A stretch of DNA of 57,812 bases, filler included, from Jimgerdemannia flammicorona (taxonomy: Eukaryota), in the NCBI GenBank assembly GCA_003990765.1. It is 3 parts of 3 records of this genome, joined end to end, with 100 filler letters (N's around TTAATTAATTAA, not from the genome) between each part and the next. Parts side by side here need not be neighbours in the genome. Positions count along the whole stretch, not along the records: positions 38,613 to 57,812 come from RBNJ01002001.1; 2 more parts are not named here. One strand, given 5' to 3'. Below are positions 52,130 to 57,812 of the stretch, piece after piece. Every line of letters starts with the position of its first letter. Position 1 is the stretch's first letter. A model generated the notes under the pieces. The model saw nothing but the letters and a program-made list of their open reading frames with translations, searched no databases and had not been told where the DNA came from. The position numbers were made by a program, and so were the translations under genes.

Positions 52130-55100
52130 GCATAGTTTTTGGAGAAAATAGACTAGTAATATATTATTGCAGAAGAGTTCTGATAGGTGTACTGGGTCAG
52201 ATAGATCTGGGGCCTTTGGGTAGCAGTATATTGAGTGAGGGTATGGTCTAGAGATGAGTTACTTTGGTAGTGAGAGTGGGTAGGTAGAGTCTAGAGAGCA
52301 TTTGATATATATCTGATATAAGTAGAAGAGGAGAGAGACCTATGAGCTTTGTAGATAAAATGAAGACAAAGTTAGCCTAGGAGTACTCTAAATAGTAAGA
52401 CTAGAGTAAGGGGCCAGACAAATGCTAGAAGAGCTGGTAGATCATTGACTGGTAGAGTAGACATAGGGGCTAGTGGGGCTGCTATTGGGATAGATGTAGG
52501 ACTACTGATGGCAGTATGACTGAGAATCTGAAAAAAAAATCCAAATATAATAGCTGATAAAAAAACTGAGCTAATATACTGAGAAAGAAAAGAAGATCTG
52601 ATTGATAGTGTGATAGGCCTAATAGTAGCTCCATTACTTAAGAAGTTGATCTCAGAATTTACTCTCACATTATACTTCTGGAAGCTAGTAGTGATAATAA
52701 AGATAGTACTAGAGCTGATCTCAAAGCAGATAACTGGAGTGACTTTAAAGAAGTTCTTGTAGGGGCTAGAGAGATTTAATATGCATTTTGAGAAGACTGG
52801 ACCATTAGAGGAGGCTTTAAAGACTTAGTTGATGTTTGGAGAGATAGTAGTACTAATGGCAAAGTACTTGAGATAGGATCTCAGAGTAGTTCAGCTTCTG
52901 GTAAAAGATATTTCTATAGTGATAGTAGTTGAGACTAGATGGAGGGTGAAGGAGATAATAGTAGAGTATGATAAAGTAGTAGATATTGGATTCTAGATCT
53001 AGAAGAGAATGGCATTCAGGACTAGAGATATAGATATCTGACTTCAGCTTACTAGAAGGGAAGCTACTGGGAAGGCTTGAGACTGATCTTTAGTAATAAT
53101 GTATAGAGTGTTTATATATAAGATAATGAGAGTAAAGAAGAGTATAAAGGAGGAGAAGAATCTGCTGGAGGCTCTGAAGGAGCTCAGTGGATAGTAGAGT
53201 ATAGGGTAATTGTATGGAGAGCTTATAAGATGTCAATATACTTAAAAGTAGTGAATGAAAAGAGATAGCAGATAAATAAGATATTATGAGAAGACTCAGA
53301 GGAGGAAGTAGCAGAAAAAGCTGTTGGTGAGTTTGAAGGATGGACCTGCTGATAGGGCTAGTGAAGGGTTGACAGTGAGTACCTGAACTAAGGATAGAGT
53401 TGGGGAGATACCAGAGAGTGGGGCTGAGAGTAGAGAGGCTAGAGACAAGCAACTTTATGATGAAGGTGTGCTTGAAGTCTGAGAGGAGGAGGAGAGACTG
53501 GAGGTGAGAACTAGTGCTCAGAACAAAGAGAGTGAGATGGATGTAGAGATAAGGAGTATATAGAGAGTTTAGTTTAGAGTATCTAATATTATGAAGAGAG
53601 GATAAGTGATTAGAGTTGTAGAGGATAAGCTGCAGAATGTTTTAGAGGAGGAGTAGAATGAGTTAATAAGTACAGATACTAATGTCACAATATAGAAGAG
53701 GGGGAGAGACTATCAACCTCTAGTGGAAAGAGTATTAAAGACTTGATATAGATGGTCAAGGTGATGAATGGCTTGACTGCTGAGGAGCTAGAGGAGGTAG
53801 ACCTGTGGGTGGTCAGTGAGAAACAATGAGAGTAGATATTAAGAGAGATAATAGACTTGTGAAGAAACTGAAGATAGAAGTACTGGCTGTCTTACTAGAA
53901 GATGAAGATTATGAGGTTGATGAGATGAGAGAGACTAAATTGGCAGTAATTGTAGGAGAGAGGGCTGCTTTCTGGTTTAAGTAATAATATGGCCTACAAT
54001 ACTAGCAGAAAGCTTATAAGAAATATAAAGAAGATATAGAGGAGAGAGATGATGAGACAATTGTTGAGATTCTGGTTGGGCTAGAGATAAGAGAGGCTGA
54101 GATAGTAGAGACTATGGCAGAGTGTAGTCTGGACTTGGCTCAGGAGGAGATGAGTGTAAAGCTATGAGAGATTGAGCCTTCTCTATAATATTAATCCTTA
54201 TAAATAGTATATATAACTAATATTTTCTCACTGAATATAAATAGCTTAAGAGGCTCTAGAAGGCATAAAAACATTTTTGCCTAGCTGAAGAGACTAGAAA
54301 CTGATCTTTTTTCTTTACAGGAGGTGTACTGGAAGAAGGACTTAAATAGATAAGAGTGAACTAAAAAATAGAGAGATAGAGCAGTTTGGAGAAATAAGAT
54401 TAAAATTCTTATATAATATATATAGCAAAGGTAATTTTTGTAAAGTTGAGAGCTAGGGTGGCTAATTGGTTTGGAAGAAGTAGTATAGGTCAGAGTGAGT
54501 ATCTATTATTATTAGCTTATATTATTATCTGATAGTACAGAGTGATCATATTCAGTAGTTAGATGGGCTTCTTAATTGTAGTATACTGACTAAAGCAGAG
54601 ATTAATATACTTGGAGAAGACTTCAATATAGTCAGAGATATAGTACTAGACAGAACTGATTAAGAGAGAAGTGCTGAAGGCTACAGTAGAGATCTGGCCA
54701 TTTGAAAGGACTTGGAGAGACTTGACTTCTTGGTAGATATAGACAGGATGATATGGGGTAACCATTGGGTCTATATATATTGAGTGGATGGACTTGGAAT
54801 ATAGATTGACTGAATGTTAATAGCCAAATAGATATTTGAAAAAAAATTAGAGACTGAGTAGTACTCATGGTCAGATTATTGAAGTTTGTTGGAGTATGGT
54901 CAGTTTGGAGAGTGTGAGGATGGGTCTGGACATTAGTGACTCCATTTCTCCTTACTAGCTGAGAAGAAGTTGTGGGACACTTAGGTAGGAGATATTAGAT
55001 TAAAGATTGCTTATTGGAATTGTGAGAGACTTCTAGTAGAGATGTACTAGAGGAGATTGAAAAAGACTACTAGAGTATATGAGAAGTATTCTGAGATAAA

Positions 55101-57812
55101 GCTCAACTAGTATAAGTATGAGACAATAGTGTTGAAGAATGGACTAGTGGGTGAAGATATCATTGGAATAATTATCTCTATAGAGAAAGTAGTGAGATAT
55201 CTGGACATCTTCTTATCTGTATATAGATCTGTCTTATTTAAGATTTAGTGGAAGAGAAAAATAGCTGATTGGGGGATGTTTCTTTAGAGCTGAAGAAGGG
55301 GGCATTATATCTCTTTGGCTGGATAGGTATTGATACTGAATGTCTACTAATTGCTAAAGCTGTAGTATCTGGTATATCACTTGGACTTTCTGATCTGGGT
55401 GGTAAAGAGATTATTGAAGTTGGCTAAGGAATAGATTTGAGCTAAATGATAGTATCAGATTGGTTGAGAGATTTTGGTGATACTGGTAAACTGAAAAGGT
55501 CTTGGTCTGATAGACTTCTCTAAAAAGCTATATTGTCTGAGGGCTTAGTGGTTGAAGTAGACAGTTGAACTATAGAATAACAGATAAGTGTCTGATATAA
55601 TGGGTCTGAGAGATGAGGTTTTTCCCCAGAGGTTTTTTGGATGATCTACTATCATTAGTCAGACTGAATAGCAGTAGGCACTTATAGTATAGGGGCTTCT
55701 AATAGGGGGTGGCAGAGGGTGCACACAAAATTGGACTATACTGATATAGTACTAAGAGAGAGAGATATTGGAATATGGTAATATAATAATTAAACAGATT
55801 ACTATTAGATAGTTTGCTATTAGTAGACTTTAATATCAATATTAGAGTAGAGTGCCAAAGAGAGATATACTGCTCCTTTCTCTACTACCTTACCAGTCAC
55901 AAGGTTTGATAGGTGACCTTCCAAGTCCCCTTTCCCCTATTATTACCCCCTCTACCTCAGGTTGGTTTGCTGTGCCTGTAGGGTCATGGTGGGAGGAGGG
56001 CAATGGTGATGAGTTGCCCCTTTATTGGTGTTGAATCAGTGCTTCCTCTACTTTTTTGCAGATTCTGGTATCTTCAGCTGTATCTGGGGTATACCCGTTT
56101 TGGTGCAGCACCTTCTTCCTTTTGCCGTCACCAACAAGGAGTTGTCTTGGTGTGTCTCAGGCTACATAGGGAGTCAGCTGACCTTGGGCATCAAGTGCTC
56201 AGTGTAGGTTATCTGCAGGTCTTTGGTGCTTGTGGTGGGGCCCTCTGGCTTTGGCAAGCTTCCCAGCAAGTACAGTTCTGGCATAGGTGACTGCTTTTCA
56301 GGTGTTGTCGGGATGGGAGGAGAGATGGCCATCACAGATAGGAGGAAGGGTGATAACGGTAAACCAGTAGGATGCCAGGCTGGGGGCGGTCATTGGGGCT
56401 GGGGCAGGTGCTGCTTTGGTGGGGCCTTTTGATTGGTGCAGTATGGTTAGGTGGTAGGTGTCACTCTCAGCTTCTTTTGGTGGTCAGTGGGATTGGGCCC
56501 CAGTCGTCAGGGGGGGTCGGGGGGCCCGAGGCTACCCATTTCAGACATCTTGGCTGCACTCAACTAAAACTGAGAGCTGATATAGCAATGTGATCGAGGC
56601 CTACAGGCTTAAGTAGTGGGGTATTGGAGGCTTCCTCTCACCTCATGTATAAGTCCTTTACTCACCTCGACTAGGAGAACCAGGCCCTACCCACCATGTT
56701 GTACTTTGATGAGGGTTTTTCTTTGCCTGTCATTCTCTTTAAAGTGGCAGGGGCTATTCTATTCGGCTCGGGTATGGCCTTGTACATACATTGGGTTCTC
56801 AGGTGTGCGCTTTCAGTTGTTGGTATATGGTTGGGTTTCCCCTGGTAGTAGGGAGAGCATAGTGTACAGAATGAGATGTAGGCCAACATAGGCCCTGCTG
56901 TGTCTGGTATGGTCGAGCTGCTAGACAATAGCTAGCCTAGGTTAATGGGGGGGCAGTGCTTGGTGGGTGGTGGGGGAGGGTTTTGGCCTATATAGTCTAG
57001 GTTCCCTTCCAATAAAATTCCACAGGACATGAGTCTGTTAAAAAAAAAAACCCCCCAAAGAGAGATAGGACAGAATTTGTAGCCAGTGGACTAGTAGATA
57101 GTAGGAATTAGTAAGAAGTGGGACTGGATGACTATCTGGTCCTAGAGACTGAGGTTTAGTAATAGCTTTCTCTAAAGTTCTGAGTGATATAGTGATACTT
57201 ATTGTAGAGAAATATTATATTGAACTTTTAGTCAGATCATCTGGTAGATAGCAAGTACTTTAACTGTAAGGAGTATTATAGTATAGAGTAAGAGAGGGGC
57301 TTCATATAGATATTGGAATATTAGCTAGATGAGTGTGAGGTTTTTAGGGACTTCTGGATAGCAGTTGGGTCTCATCTAAGAGTAGTGAGAAGGGATATTG
57401 GTGAGAGAGATCAGTAGGATGATTTGAGAGAGCAATTAGTAGGTTGTGTTGATAATGAGTAGCTTATAGTTAGGTAGATCTTAGTAGTATGGATAAGACT
57501 GACTGAATACTAATTGTATGTGTTTGAGAAGAGAAGGCAGGAGTACTTAGTAAGATAGGAAGAGTTTTTGAAAGAGATAATATCTGGCTAGTAAGTAGAG
57601 TAGAGCCCTAAAGGGGGTTATTGCTACTACCTTATAGAGGATATTTGTAAGCAAAGTAGAAAGAGAGTAGTAATAGTTAATAATCAGATAGCCTTTTATT
57701 ATAAAGAGTTGGGGAGTGGTCTCCAGAGAGGGGTTGATTGAGGGTGGGATTATTGTATTTTATTAGAGATAGATGGGTTTGGTAATAAAAAAGTCTGAGA
57801 GACTATATAAAA
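52130..57812 (+). mobile_element. Internally deleted L1/Tx1-like LINE (ORF1, endonuclease, no RT core, 3' end), interrupted by the 1.2-kb element
   Basis: ORF1 homology to 21400-23360. TNIFSLNINSL at ~54215. Sequence jumps from the EN-RT linker to post-FADD sequence at ~55078. Tail AATAAA..GACTATATAAAA at the window end. Confidence 0.85.
55868..57054 (+). mobile_element. ~1.19-kb poly(A)-tailed non-autonomous retroelement, copy B (better preserved)
   Basis: 13-bp TSD CCAAAGAGAGATA at 55855-55867 and 57055-57067. AATAAA plus poly(A). Removing it restores the host LINE frame VECQREIGQNL. Confidence 0.9.

Noticed and set aside
56494..56612. Ribozyme (hammerhead or HDV-like) in the 1.2-kb element
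   Set aside because: A GGGCCCC..GGGGCCC stem and a CTGAT motif are present, but I could not assemble a complete catalytic core by eye; this needs an Infernal search.

Overview
Eukaryotic, intron-containing DNA. It is most likely from an early-diverging fungus (Mucoromycota-like); this is inferred from the gene families, not proven. Islands of CpG-rich genes alternate with TpA-rich, CpG-stripped nests of dead transposons. Apparently intact genes: a PPxY/'sensor'-like membrane protein, an alpha-arrestin, an anoctamin/TMEM16, an intronless protein with four LOTUS/OST-HTH-like winged-helix repeats, and a BTB-SPRY protein. Several pseudogenes or fragments are also present. Mobile DNA includes Ty3/Gypsy remnants, a Copia 3' end, several L1/Tx1-like LINEs (one full-length copy nested in another, with a TSD), a piggyBac-like transposase remnant and a double-palindrome foldback element. 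Three things stand out. (1) Two ~2.05-kb solo-LTR-like insertions, each with its own 5-bp TSD, carry a ~365-codon ORF upstream of the TATA box. (2) A ~1.2-kb poly(A)-tailed, TSD-flanked non-autonomous retroelement occurs twice with the same 5' end. (3) RIP-like C-to-T/G-to-A hypermutation hits transposons but largely spares nearby duplicated cellular genes. Two N-gaps with an artificial TTAATTAATTAA linker (19212-19311, 38513-38612) mean adjacency across them is unproven. All domain calls are by eye; no searches were run.
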